Origin: Octopus vulgaris
Taxonomy: Eukaryota
Reading direction: 5' to 3'
Length of the DNA stretch: 64,000 nucleotides
NCBI GenBank assembly: GCA_951406725.2
Contig: OX597823.1
Location: 77,376,001 to 77,440,000 of the forward strand
Position 1 is the first letter of the stretch. Every line of letters begins with the position of its first letter. Below are positions 26,653 to 41,377 of this stretch, one piece after another. Position numbers and translations under genes: made by a program. The notes beneath the pieces were generated by a model. It had not been told where the DNA came from, made no database searches, and was given only the letters and a program-made list of their open reading frames with translations.

Positions 26653-26706
<54 letters not shown>

Positions 26707-26729
26707 ATATATATGTATGTGTATATATA

Positions 26730-26762
<33 letters not shown>

Positions 26763-26975
26763 CTCTGTGTTTGATTTTGTCCCCAACAACCACTTGACAA
26801 CTGGTGTTGGTGTATTTACGTCCCCATAACTTAGCAGTTCAGCAAAAAAGATCAACAGAATAAGTACTGGGCTTTAAAAAATATAAAAAAAGTATTAGGT
26901 TTGATTCGTTCAACGAAAGCATTCTTGGAGGTGGTGCCCCAGCATGGCCAGTCTGATGACAGAAACAAATAAAAG
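26491..26975 (+). mobile_element. SINE family A
   Basis: Head, core, expanded internal microsatellite and tail. Confidence 0.82.
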
Positions 26976-27249
26976 AAAAATATAAAAAAGTAAAAGAAAT
27001 TAGATTCACTGCTACACATTAGAGGTGTGTGGTCTACTGACCCTGGAAGGATAAACAGCTAAAATGACCTTGACAAGATTTGAACACCAAAGGGACATAA
27101 CTAAATAGTGCTTAGTAGTTCTGCTTCCGCACTGGTGTATTTCAATAATGCTTTATGTCAGCAATTCCTTCACCTTAAAGAACAATAATAATAATTATTA
27201 TAATAATAATAACAATAATAATGATAATAATAATAATAATATTAATAAT

Positions 27250-27930
27250 AAATTTCTTTATTAGCCACAAAGGATCTGAGACAATAAGAGATCTAGAGAG
27301 AACAGGGCAGCACAATGTGAGTTTACAGAAAAACATGTGAAAATAAAATAAGAAATGTTTGAGGTGACAAAAATACTGAAGAAAAGGGAAAAGGACCCCA
27401 ATAATGAGGATTGCTACTACTCATGATTAATACATTAACCTCCACCTGCCCGCCAGTCTTATAACCGATCTTAGATTTTATCTTAACATGTAAGTTTAAA
27501 CAGAAATTGTGAAACAGTTACATGTAAATATGAGATATTGTGTTCAAATTTAGGCAAATTAATGAAGTGTAGTAATTATATTGTTATAACTGAGAATGTA
27601 TAATCTGACTGTGATTGTAGCATTCCACTGTGGCCATAAGAAAGTTGATGAGGGTTCTCTAACTGACAAAGTTTATTATTTACTTTACAGTTAAATTATC
27701 AACCTAATAGACCTGGAGAAGAATGATTCTTGGCAATGAGGTAGAGAGCAGGGTATGTAGTTGATGGGTCCCTGAGTAAAATTCTCTAGCCTTTGAGTTC
27801 GACCGACATAGGTGAGAAAATATAAACCCCAAAAAGGAATTCTGTGAACATTGTTAGGGAAACATTGGACAAATGTTGGAATAGCCAGTGGTCTGATCAC
27901 CTCTGTGACATCTTCGTCCAATAACACAAA
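27250..27930 (-). mobile_element. Decayed Tx1/L1-like LINE 3' fragment
   Basis: Minus strand RCHRGDQT../..FVQCFP..W..Y..LTYVGR resembles the zf-RVT motif CxxC..ET..H..xxC. The 3' end is cctttgtggctaataaagaaatt. Confidence 0.4.
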
Positions 27931-28467
27931 ATGAGAAAAAAGCGATAATAACTATGTAACTATAGAAATATTTAAGGACCATCATCATTATCACAATCAT
28001 TATCGTCATCATCATCATTTTATATTTTTTCATGTTGGTATGATGTTGTCATTGCTGTAGTTGTTTTTGTTGTTATTTGACCCCAGGTCAACTCTCATCA
28101 AGCAAGTTTATGATTAAGAATATGTTACTTCTTTCTGTTTTTTTCTTTTCAGGGTCCTTCCCAGGGCTAAAATATCCGATAAGATTTTGTTTAAAGTGAG
28201 TATAATTTGACAGAAATTTTGGTAGATTTTTCTAAAAAACTCAATGACATATAAAGACACTTTTTAATTTTGGAATGACAAAAAATTGTTAATATATTAG
28301 AAATAAATAAAACAAAATAAAAATATTTTGCACTTAATGTTGGTGGTGGTGGTGGTGGTGGTGGTGGTGGAGGATGAGGTAAACTGCAGTGTGATGGTGT
28401 TGTAAAGACTAATGCTTGCTGGTAATATAAGTAAAATAGGTTCCATGCTAAGGAAGGTAAGGTCACA

Positions 28468-28489
28468 AAATAATAATAATAATAATAAT

Positions 28490-28541
<52 letters not shown>

Positions 28542-28544
28542 GTG

Positions 28545-28599
<55 letters not shown>

Positions 28600-28655
28600 T
28601 AATAATAATGATAATAACAATGATAATAATAATAAATGGTGATGATGATGATGAT
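28468..28655. repeat. (AAT)n/(GAT)n microsatellite
   Basis: Direct reading. Confidence 0.95.
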
Positions 28656-29069
28656 AAAGACATAACATGAAAGAGAATGTAAGCAACCATATGTGGTTTT
28701 AAGGTGATGCTAGTTTGGTAGTGTTTGGTGATGGCATTATTACGAGTAAAATGGTGAAAATGGTATAGAGTGCTGCCGTTAGCTGCTATCAACATCAACA
28801 GTGAGAAAAAGAGAGAAAGAAGGAAAGTGAAAGTGAGAGAGCGAGAGAGAGAAGTAGAAAAAAAAAAAGAGAAATACTGGAAAGAAAATGCCAAGCAATC
28901 TTCATTACAGACATCCATCTTCATACTGGCTTCATTACTATGGCGGCTACAACAGTCTGTTAGCCTGCAACAAGGAAATTCTGCTACTAGCTGCCTTAAT
29001 TTCTGCTGCTGACTGCTTTTGCTAACTGCTACTGCCACCAACAGTGTTAGCTGTGCAGAGAGAGAGACG

Positions 29070-29164
29070 ATGATGTGTTGCTGTCGTTGTTGCTGTTGTT
29101 GTTGTTGTTGTTGTGGAATGGTTATTGTTGTTGTTATTTGTATTACCAATACTGTAGTTCAACC

Positions 29165-29199
<35 letters not shown>

Positions 29200-29940
29200 G
29201 TAATAATGACGATGATGATGATAATAATCATTATTCAATTCATCATAAACATTATCGTCTACCTCATCATCATCATCATCATCACCATCATTATCATCAT
29301 CATCGTCATCATCATCATATGCTTCACCTTAGCATAAGAAGCACCATCCTCTCTATCAGCAGCACCAATTCCATTACTACTACTACTACTACTAATACTA
29401 CTACTATCATTGCTGCTGCTGCTACTACCGCAGTTGCAACTACTACTACTACTACCACTACAACTACAACTACTACTACAGCTGCTGCTTCTACAACAAC
29501 AACTACTACTACTACTACTGCTACTACTACTACTACTAGCATTATTGTTTTTACTACTACAACAACTGCTGTTGTTGCTGCTGCTGTGCCCAATAGTGGT
29601 GATGATGATGATGATGATGTATAAAAGTGACAATGATGATGATAATGGTGATGATGCGGAGAGAACTGATAACATAGATATTAAATAAGATGAAAATAGT
29701 GATGATGATGATGATGATAATAATCATCATCATCATCATCATCGCCATCGTTATCATCATCGTCATTATCATCATGATTGTGATGAGGATGACGACGGTG
29801 GTGGTGATGACGACAATGTTGATGATGCTGATGGTTGCAATGACGGAAGTGAAAGCAACAGAGAAGGCAGCAGCAACAGCAGCAATGAACGTGCAAAACA
29901 AATGATGCTGATGATGGTGGTGATGCTGGAGATGATGATG
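29070..29940. repeat. Mosaic of trinucleotide repeats (TTG, AAT, CAT, ACT, GCT, GAT)
   Basis: Direct reading; yields homopolymeric ORFs in all frames. Confidence 0.9.
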
Positions 29941-30023
29941 AATGCGATGGGCTGTCTTTGATGCCAATATCACAGCTTATCACACTGCCATATAGATACG
30001 CATATACATACAATTATATATAT

Positions 30024-30069
<46 letters not shown>

Positions 30070-30420
30070 ATATACATATATACATATAGATACATATATA
30101 TATATGTGTATGTATGTATGTATGTATGTATGTATGTATGTATGTATGTATGTATGTATATGGCTAGTTTCTGCCTTTCTACGTTGGGTGGACACATGTA
30201 TTAGTTATTAGAAAAAATAACAGACCAAAAATCTAAATAAAAACACAGAAATATAGATTACTATTTTGTCAAACCAAGTGCAAATGAAAGTTTCAAGAGC
30301 GGTGCCATTTCCCGAAATTAGTGACAAGATGAATCTGAGTTATCGGAAGAAATACCGCTACACTGCTATCTTAAGTCAGTTCCATTCCATTTTCTCTTGC
30401 AACTATGCCACTAATCTTAC

Positions 30421-30554
30421 CGAGGCTACTGATTCATCTTCATCCTCCTCGTCTTCCTCTTCGTTTTCTCCTTTTTCTTCTTTCTTTTCGGTGTTTTTCC
30501 TCATCTCCACGGTTGTTTTCGGTTAATGCTTCACTGTCGGGGATAATGTACAGG
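30421..30554 (-). other. Candidate spliced exon (134 nt) with short acidic ORF start
   Basis: Acceptor ctgagcttttgcag| and donor cg|gtaaga on the minus strand; unique and CpG-retaining. ATG at 30504 gives MRKNTEKKEEKGENEEEDEEDEDESVAS, running into the donor in phase 0. Confidence 0.4.
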
Positions 30555-30620
30555 CTGCAAAAGCTCAGGAGATACTGACAGACAGACCTAGTGTGAGAGA
30601 GGAGAAAAAGGAAAATACAG

Positions 30621-30658
<38 letters not shown>

Positions 30659-30671
30659 GTATATATATACG

Positions 30672-30714
<43 letters not shown>

Positions 30715-30834
30715 GCATAGAGAGAGAGAAAGAGAAATAGAAAGGAAATATAGATAGTGAAACAGAAAGAGGAAGTAAGATTAGGTAATTGTGATTCTGT
30801 GTGTTTGTGTATGTATGTAAAAGAGTGAGAGATT

Positions 30835-30877
<43 letters not shown>

Positions 30878-32528
30878 GGGGAGAAGGCAGGAGTGTGTAG
30901 TGTTAAACAGGAGAGCTAGAGTAAAAGAAAAAAAAATAGGTGCTTGTAAAAGAGAGGGAGAGAGAGGAAAATGAAAGATAGTCAAAGAAGACAAGAGGAA
31001 TATATATAAATTTTGTTGGAGGAGAGAGAAAGAGAGGGAGAGAGGGAGAGAGAGAGAAGGAGAGTGAGTGAGTGAGAGAGAGAGAGCAGAGACAGAAAGG
31101 AAAGGAGGAAGAGTTTAAAAATTACCCCTACAGAAAAAGGATAAAAAAGGCCCACACACACCTCCCCTACAAAATGTGGGGGGGTGAACTTATTAAGAGG
31201 AAGGTAAGAAAAATGAAACTATACAGCTGAAGGCACACGTAAGCTTAGTAAAATAGTAGAAAGCATAAATGTATACATACATTTAGGTACATGTATATAC
31301 ATACATATACCCAAACACATATATAGGTATATAATAGTATAGATAAATATATATATACATTAATTTCTTAAAACATATTTCTGTTCATTTATATATAAAT
31401 ATATAAATATATATATAATTTACAAATTCAATTATTTATGTATATTAAAAGTGTATGTGTATATAGATAGATATCTTAATATTATACATAGATTGATTGA
31501 CAGATAGATAAATAGGTACTTATATATACCAATAAATATATAGTACATTCACACAACAATAAGTATATATACAACCTAGTAGATATATATATATACATGC
31601 ATATGTACATATATGTATATTTGTATATTTAGGGAACAGCTCTTCTTTTAAACATGTTTTATTGAAGACAAGGCTGTTTATATACATTTGTATGTGTGCA
31701 TGCATGTATGCATGTAAGTGTATATATACATGTGTAAGTGTAACTTATGAACATATGTACATATTGGTTAGTACATGTAGTAGAACAACTCAATCTCAAA
31801 ACAAATGAAGTGAGCTAATAGGCAAATACATAGGAATACGGATAATTTTTTTTTTTTACCTACAAATTCTTGGCAGGCATTGTTCCTGTTAAATTCTTCA
31901 TCTCCATTCAACTTTTTTTACCACATTAGTATCATTATTAATATTATTACCTCCAGAATAATCTTCACCCCTTGTTGATCCTTCTCTATAACACATTTTT
32001 TTTTTTTTCTCTCTCACAATCTTTCTCCATCATCTTTTCTTCTTCGTGATCATGGGTTTTGTACAGCAGACTGTCAACAGGCTTTCGTTCAACACAACAC
32101 AATTTTACTTCCACTTCAAAGACTGGAGAACAGCAAATAGCGAAATATGAAATTTTATAGAATCTGCCTCATTCTAAGATATTACCACATGGAATTTTCT
32201 TCCTCATTTCTCAGTCGGAAATACTGGAATGGATGTTAATTAAGTGAACAAAAATTTCAACCAACGCTTTTCAATTTTATTTTATTTTTTTTATATCTGT
32301 GAGTCTTCATCCTTACTTGAATAACACATTGAAGGATATATATATATATAAAAAAAATTATACATACATATACCTGTATATATATATATATTTATATATA
32401 TATGTATATACACACATGCGCGTATACATAAAACAAAAAATAATCAACAGCAAAACGTGAAAACATAACACAAAACAATGCAAAATATATAAAATACAAA
32501 TATAAATACATACATTTATTTCTGTGAG

Positions 32529-32570
<42 letters not shown>

Positions 32571-32825
32571 TACACACACACTTACATAGAGAAATACTCA
32601 CACACATGCACATACATACACATATACACATGCACACACCACTTCTTACCTTCTAATAGTGCACTGCTGTTTAAGATTTTGTTCTTTTTGTTTGAGAAAA
32701 AACAACAATTCTACAATTACCAGGTAAATTCTTTTTCTACTTCTTCTGCCTCTTCTTGTTCTTGTTCTTGTTCTACTCGTTCTTCTTCCCTTTCTTCCTA
32801 TTACACTCACATGTTAAATTAATTG

Positions 32826-33070
32826 CCCCATCCCCAGCCACACTCACCCCACCCCCACGCCACCGCCGCCGCCACCCACTCCCCCGCCCCCACCCCCCAC
32901 GCTTCTCTATCCCACATCAGATCAGTTATGTTCTCTTCTTTATATCCTTATTCTCTATAAACGAAAATCACACACACACCCCTTTCACCACCCCCTACCA
33001 CCACGCCGCCGCCACCACCACCACCACCACCACCACCGCCAACACCTCCACCGCCAACACCTCCACCGCC
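32826..33070 (-). promoter_or_regulatory. GC/CpG-rich patch with G-quadruplex-forming G-runs (minus strand)
   Basis: C-runs cccc/ccccc/cccccc at 32826-32898, ccgccgcc and (CCA)n, in an otherwise ~30% GC background. A 15-bp tandem ccaccgccaacacct lies at ~33033-33070. Confidence 0.45.
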
Positions 33071-35317
33071 ATACTTTTACTTCCCACCATCCCTCCATTC
33101 CACACCAAAAATTAAAAAAAACACACATTGCCACATTCACTACCCCTGCACTCTTCCCTCACCACCACCAACACCGCTACCACCGCCATCATACCACCAC
33201 AACCAACAACAACAACTACACTTCCTGGAATAGAAAAAAAAAAATTAAAAAATAAATAAAGAAATAAAAATTCGTGGGGGGTGTTTCTCGTGTGTATGTG
33301 CGTGTGTGTGCAACGTTATTCCTACATTTTCTCTCTCCCGTTTTATATGTGTATGTGCGTGCATGTGCGTGTATGTTTGCGTGAGTGTAACACCACAGAT
33401 ATAAACAATACATAGAAATAGCACACACAACAGCAACAACAACAACAACAACTACAACCACACAAATTTCTTTTATTTTTTCTTTTATTTTTTTTTTTTA
33501 TATATTCTACAAAATACCAACTGAAGAAATAATACCTCGACGAAACTGGATTTATGGTCTAAAAATACCAGAAGACAAGGCGGAGTTCACGAAATTAACA
33601 AATAATTATATATATATATATATATATGTGTATATATATATATACATATATATATATACCAACAAGGAAAAAAAAAATAACAACAAAGAGCAACAACAAT
33701 GGAAATTAACACGGTGTATCTAAAATAATAATAATAAAAATAATAATAATAATATTGCTGATAATAATAATCCACCAAGCATGAATGAAGAGGAAGGAAT
33801 TTGAATTTCTACCATCATTTTCTTTGGAATACGATACTTACCAATGAATGTATTCTTCTTATATATATCTTTGATTGACTCAAGACTTGCTTAGTTAAGG
33901 TAAGCAAATATTTCTAAGACATATTATATATATATAATATATATATGTATATATATGTATATATATATGTATATGTTACATAATATTTTGTTGTGTATAT
34001 GCATTCTATTATATATAAAAGTAAAAAAAAAATGACATTATGTGTGTATATATATATATATATATGTCTATATATATATGTGTATATATAAATATAAATA
34101 TATATGCATATACACAGAGGTATATATATATATTATATGTACACACAGAAATATATATATCATATATTTTTCTATGTAATACTTATATACATGCATGTAT
34201 ATATATATATATTTATATGCATATGTAAGTATATAATATCACTTTGGATTTTCCTATTCTTGAAATTTTTTTCCTCATACTAATCTTAAAATTTATGTTT
34301 TTACTGATTGTGTTATTGATACCGAATTTAAATAATGAAATAATGTGAAATATTTGAAGCATGTGTGTTTAAAAAATTGATATATATAAAAATATATATA
34401 TATAGATATAGATATATTTATATATATAGTGTGTGAGTGTGATAATACATGTTATAGATTAAATCTTTGACAGTAATTTAGATTTTAATCATAGAATTAT
34501 ACATAGACTGATAAATACATAGAAATATATATATAAGGGTGAATCCTTGTTAGCGAGGATGAGTACAAATGTGTATGTTCGTGTATCTGGAAGCACACAT
34601 TAACATATGTAAGCAAGTGTGTATTCTGTCAATACCGGTACTTGATGCTTTCAAAGAATAATCATTCTACCTTCAAATACAGACGCACATGAACGGCACA
34701 CACACGTGTGTGTGAGTGCGTGTATGATGTGTGTATGAGCATGTGAGTGTGTGAGTGTGCATACATATATATACTTGCCAACATGATACACATGCACAAA
34801 CAATTCACACGTACACACATAAGTGTGCATATACATACATACCTACATATATATATATATATAATGTGGGTGTATGTGTGTGTAACTATGTACACATGCA
34901 TTGAAATGTACACTCGTATATATAGCAGCCATTTATATAAGTATGTGCTTGTGTGTGGAAGTATTCGTATGTATGTATATATAAATTTGTGTGGTTTACT
35001 TCATAAAAATATATATATGTGTATCAAAGTTTAAAAAATCATTCGTATTTATACACCTGTATATGTACATACCTACATATATATACATACTTATATATGT
35101 GTGTCTATATATATGTATACTTTCAAGTATGTATATATGTTGTACATCCATGACTGAGTATAAACTATACTTTTAATGTAATTTACCTACTTTCATTATC
35201 AGATGGAAGGGGAACTTGTGTTAACCCATTTAATTCATGATTTGGAGACTACCTAGAAACCCCAATCCTATGTACCTAATACACAAACATTCTACAGCAC
35301 TCATTCACATGCACACG

Positions 35318-35359
<42 letters not shown>

Positions 35360-35528
35360 CGTACACACACATACACACATATATATATATATATGTATAC
35401 TTCTCGACTACTCTTCAGCCACATGTTTTATAGAGGACATTAGCTTATGCATGTGTCTTCAGGCATTTCATTGATTTATATCTTCACTTACAAACCAGGC
35501 ATGCAACTACTTGCATATAATATTATAT

Positions 35529-35578
<50 letters not shown>

Positions 35579-36772
35579 ATGTGTGTGTGTGTGGTGGAAG
35601 CCATTTATTGTGATCACTTTGGGGCAAAGCTGCTTTTCGATAACGAGAACACTGATAATATAAAGCAAATAAAGAATTCGGGACCCACTTCTTTGGCAAC
35701 ATTATCCAGGAATATAACAAGTGGTTTCCGCTGTGTTCCTACACACACATACACACACATACATATGCATGCATAAACACAGATACATACATACATACAT
35801 ACATACATACATGCATACATATATATATATGTGTGTGTATATACACACATATACACATTCAAGCACCAACAAGCACAACTAAATAAATGTATATATCTGT
35901 GGTTATCTAAAAATGGCTGTGTATATATTTGTTGATGCAGGCATCAATGTGTGGCTGGTTAAGCAGTTTGCTTTACATTCATGGAACCGTAGGTTCAATC
36001 CCTCAATGGAGCAGCAGAGACAAATGTCTTGTTCCATACCCTCAAGCTGATGCCACCTTGAGCATAAAATTAAGTAATTAACCAGACACAAATTATGTAG
36101 TTAGCTGCCAATTTAATGAACTGCACCTTTTATTCAAAGGGCATTTCTGGTCACACACACTGTCATGTCATTTCTACTTGAGATTGTTAAGCTGAGGGTA
36201 TTAGTACCTGTGAAATGCTCTATCATGTAAACCGTAATTAAATGACTAAGTACCTAACTTGGTCAAACAACTGGTTTATGCATCATAACCAGCAGAGATC
36301 CATTTCTACATACATGTATGCATGTTTACACGATTGTGCACTTAGGTTTGCGATAACCACTTAGATTGATGGCTGTATGTATTGATGTGTAAAAATATGT
36401 GCATATATATGCAACATGCAGCTATAAACATGAGTGCATGGACGTGTATGTGAGTGTGTCTTCCTTTATATATGTGTGTAGAGACAATATGTAGATATTA
36501 ACAATCTATACATCTAGCTTTCTATCAGTTTTCCTATCTATTAATGCTGAAACGCATACATGTGTGCAGATGCACACACACTTACATATATATATACTCA
36601 TATATAATACACATGCACACATTACACACATATATATGCATGTCAATATATGAATATATAGATATATGTGCATAAAATGCATACGTAACATATAAGTAAA
36701 TGATACATGATATATATATATATATACAAACACACATACATAAGTTACATCTATACAGCCATACATACAGTC

Positions 36773-36980
<208 letters not shown>

Positions 36981-37169
36981 TGTATGTGTATATTAATATA
37001 CATGCAAAGCTGTGGAATTTTAATTATTTTTAACACCTGCTTTGACAATTTCTTCTATAGAGTCTGAAATATTTTCTCCTTATCTTTCAAATATGGATGA
37101 TTTTGTAACATTGCCACTTTGTAATAGAGACATGTACCATTTGATTCCACCAAATTCTTTTATCTGGAT

Positions 37170-37201
<32 letters not shown>

Positions 37202-37453
37202 ATCCACTGAAATACATTCAAAGGATTTGCATCATTTTAGAAACTCTCTGTTCTTCTTTCTTTCTATCATTTTCTTCCAATTCACTTCTCCTTCTTCTTC
37301 TTCTTCTTCTTCTTCTTCTTCTTCTCCTTCTTCTTCTTCTTTTCCATCACCCTTCTCTCTCTATTTCTCTCTGTCTCTGTCTCTCTCTTCTCTTTCTTTT
37401 TATTTATTTAGGTTCCATTATTTTCTTCGTGCTTCTTCAAAAAGGATAATAAC

Positions 37454-37507
<54 letters not shown>

Positions 37508-37998
37508 TCATCAAATCTTGTTCTTTTTTTTCTTCATTTTTTTATTTTATTTTTTCCACTTCATCTATTTTTTCTCTCTCTCCTTGAATTTTTTCTTCAT
37601 TTTGTATTTCTCACTTTTATATTCCTTTCTTCTTTCCTCTTCCGCCTCCTCCTCCTCTTTCATTTCTTCTCCCTCCTCCTCCTCTCCCTCCTCCACTTTT
37701 TCCTTCTCCACCATTTCCTTCCTATTTCTTCCTTCAAATCAAAATTTCTTCTGTGTTCCTTTCTACAATTCACATTCTAGCTTCTTTTATTATTACTTCT
37801 ACAGACTTTGTTGCTGTTGTTGTTGTTCATGTTATTGATGTTGATGCTGTTGTTGTTGTTGTTATTGATGTCGTTGTTGATGCTGTTACCATTGTCATTA
37901 TTTAATAATATATTTCTTTAATATTCCCCTGATCCCTTTATAATCTCATATGTAAAGCTTGTATATATATATATATATGAATGTATATATATATATGA

Positions 37999-38044
<46 letters not shown>

Positions 38045-38159
38045 ATGTATATATATGTATATATATATATATGAATGTATATATATATATGTATGTATGT
38101 ATGTATGTATTTATTTGTGTTTGTATTCATGTGTATATGTGTGTATGTATATATTTCTG

Positions 38160-38208
<49 letters not shown>

Positions 38209-39851
38209 ATATATACATGCATATATATGTGTGTGTGTGTGTGTGAATGTATGTATGAATGCATGAATATATGTATGTATCTTCATATGTAAATGCATTT
38301 GTAAATGTGTGTATATAGATGTAACCGCATGTGGGGGCTACCTTTACTACATGAATATTTGTATGCATCTATGTATGTGTGTATGAAAGTACATACTAGT
38401 GTGTGAATGTATGTTGCTGCATGTTTTTTTATTAAACATACATCTGTAGCTCTCTCTACGAACGGATGATCTCACAAACATGTACTTCCAATATTTGATC
38501 ATAGCTGCACGCAAGAGTAGCATACCTAAGTGTAAATGTGCAGCTTCCTGTGTTCTCATGTATGTGTTTGGTATATATATTTATAAGTGTGATCTGCGTG
38601 CATGCACCATACTAAATTTTGATGTAGAATCAGTGCGTGCACGTAATCACTTGCCCATGTAAATATGTGTGTGTGTTTGTGTGTTTCTGTGTGTGAGTGC
38701 TACGGGTATGCTTAGACATGTAGACATACATGTATACACTACACATATGCCTACAGATATACGCATACACAAATATGCATATGTTTGACTGTGCACATAC
38801 ATACATATGCAAGTTGATATTGAAGAACATGCTCGTATGCATACATATTTATATAGTCACATACACATAGACACACACACATATATAAATACATATATAT
38901 ACTCATGTAACATGTAAGCATATATACATGCATACATTCACATGCACATACACACTTATGCTCATACATACAAATAAGCATGCATACACATAGAAACACA
39001 TACACACACACATATATAATACCTACATATATATATATAGATAGATAGATATATACACACACGCATACATATACACATATATGTATATACATGCTTAGAT
39101 TCACGTACATGCATACATACAAGCATCTTGTGCACAAATGCACTCACACACACATACACACTTGCATACACGTATGCTTGTACACATAAACACCGGTTCG
39201 CTTGTCCTTTCCCTCAGATCATTCCATTTATTTGAAGTGATTTTAACACACTCTAATTCCTCACCCCTTCTTCCCCTACATACTTTTCCATTCCCTCCCT
39301 CATCCTCTTCTCTCTCATGCACACATCTTTACCCTATTTTTCTCTATTCCTGACATTTCTTCTCTCCTTCTCTCCTTCTCTCCATTCCATTGTATGTATC
39401 GATAATCCTCATGCTTTTTTCTTACACCATCACTCCCTGCTCTTTCATTCCACCCTCTCTTTGCTTTTGTCCTGAGTCTCTCTGTCCGTCTTGTTTTTTT
39501 CCTTTTCTTTTTCATTCTTCCTCTTATATAGAAATATCTCTTTCTCTCTTCTTCTCTTTCTCTCTTCTTCTCTTCCCCCCCTCTCAATAATTTATTTAAA
39601 TCCATTCTCACCATTCTTATTCTATCACTGATCCTCACAACTCTGACTTTTCTCTCCTTCCCATATCTTTTCTAACTCTCACTTATGTTACTTTCCCATT
39701 CTATCCCTTCACTTACTCTCCACTTACTCTCTTTTTTCTTTCTCCTTTCAGTTCACATTCTCTCTCTTTGCATCTCAACCTTGCTCTCTCATTCTATCAC
39801 CTAGTCAATTATTCACTCTTTCTGTCACTCAGTTTCTCTCTCACCCCTCTG

Positions 39852-39889
<38 letters not shown>

Positions 39890-40147
39890 CCTCTCTGTTA
39901 TCCAAATTCCTGATTATTTCTGCTAAAGGACAATTCCAAAGCCAGTTACATCCTCAAATATTCTTATTCAAATATTAATCCGTACTTGATGAATGTCAAC
40001 AAAAGTATAAATAAATAAATTGACTTTCCTTCCAATATTTCACCACCAGATACCCTGTTCAGCACACTCGGTCAAACAACACCATCAAACACCATTCTCT
40101 CTTTTATTAACTCAACGCTCTAACAATTCTAAAGTTTATTACATTCG

Positions 40148-40455
40148 TCATCATCATCAGCATCATCATAATCATCATCATCATTGCCCTCATCTCTATC
40201 ATCATTGCCATCATCATCATCATCCTTCTCCTCCTCCTCAACATCCTCATCATTATCATCAACATCAGCATCATTGTTATTATTATCTTCATCAACATCA
40301 TCATCTCCATCATCATTGCCATCATCATCATCTATCATCATCATCTTCCTCCTCCTCCTACTACTCCTCCTCCTCATCATCATCATCTTTATCATCAGCA
40401 TCATCATCATTGTCATCATCATCATCATCATCACCATCATCATCTATACCATCAT
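40148..40455. repeat. (CAT)n/(CCT)n degenerate microsatellite
   Basis: Direct reading. Confidence 0.93.
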
Positions 40456-40660
40456 CGTTTAGCATACATTTTTTTTTATGCTGGCATGGGTTGAACAGCT
40501 TGCCAGGATCTGTTAAGGTGCTGGGCTGCTTTGAGCCCCAGTGTCAGCTTTGGCATGGTTTTCACAGCTGCATACCCTTCCTAATACCAACATCTTTACA
40601 GAGAATACAATATGCCACTTTTTTTTTCTTTTTTGTATTACCAGCACTAGTGAGGTCACC
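40455..40660 (-). mobile_element. RTE-type 3' tail
   Basis: atgctggcatgggttg...cagctgcatacccttcctaatacc. Confidence 0.7.
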
Positions 40661-41032
40661 AAATAAGTGTGAGGTCACTCAAATATCTATCTGTACACAA
40701 TATAAAACAAAACAGAAACAGACGTAATGAATTTTGCTTCAGATATTCAATGTCAAACACACTGTCCAACAAACACATTCTGTCAAACACCACCATCAGT
40801 CATAACTGTCAAACATCTTTTATTAACCCAACACTCTGTGGTAAATAGGTAAGTCAGTTTCTCCCTAACAGTATTCATCATACCAGCTTAAACTAGGAAG
40901 GGTTTATTTGATAATATGGTCTTAGGAATGGTGATCATAAACAGAACATCTTTGATCAATGATCTGCTTAATTTGAACCAACTTTGGCTAAAAAACAACA
41001 GCAACAACATTTTCTCTGAATCAAATTTTTCA

Positions 41033-41377
41033 TTAACCTTTTGGTAACCATGTTTCCATTGAAATATGTTGCTTTTTTCCATTTCAATTAATTTTGAATA
41101 TAATGAAGAATTTAGTAAAATAACTTCATTATAATTAAAGCAGCAGTAGTCAATCACGTAAGTACCAGTTGAATACTGGGGTCATTTTAATCAACTAATC
41201 TCCTCCCTTTAAAATTGCTGGCCTTGTGCCAAAATTTCAAACCATTATTATTAAGATGGTGTTTGAAACATTAATTAATGTAAGCTATTTAGGAAAGATT
41301 GCAATTTAGGTCATTTTAAAACAAGAAATTTGTACTATTGATCCAGATCTCAGGCAGATTGGTATCAGAGCGATTAA
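41033..41377. mobile_element. piggyBac-like MITE (family of 1968-2189) with nested SINE B fragment
   Basis: Shares ttcaattaatttt.aatataa..aagaatttagtaaaataactt and aaaacaaga.atttg with 1968-2189. A SINE B 3' piece is inserted at about 41155-41250. Confidence 0.65.

Noticed and set aside
28463-29149. 228-aa minus-strand ORF with poly-Q
   Set aside because: Non-ATG start, low-complexity, ends in (ATT)n-derived poly-Ile; no recognisable protein family.
28770-29624. Two in-frame plus-strand ORFs separated by one TGA after Cys-Cys (possible selenocysteine or readthrough), with poly-C/N/H/T runs
   Set aside because: Open frames arise from trinucleotide repeats, with similar ORFs on both strands; no domain and no recognisable SECIS.
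33515-33595. CTGAAGA...CGAAA twice, hammerhead-like
   Set aside because: No helix II can form between the core motifs; treated as chance.
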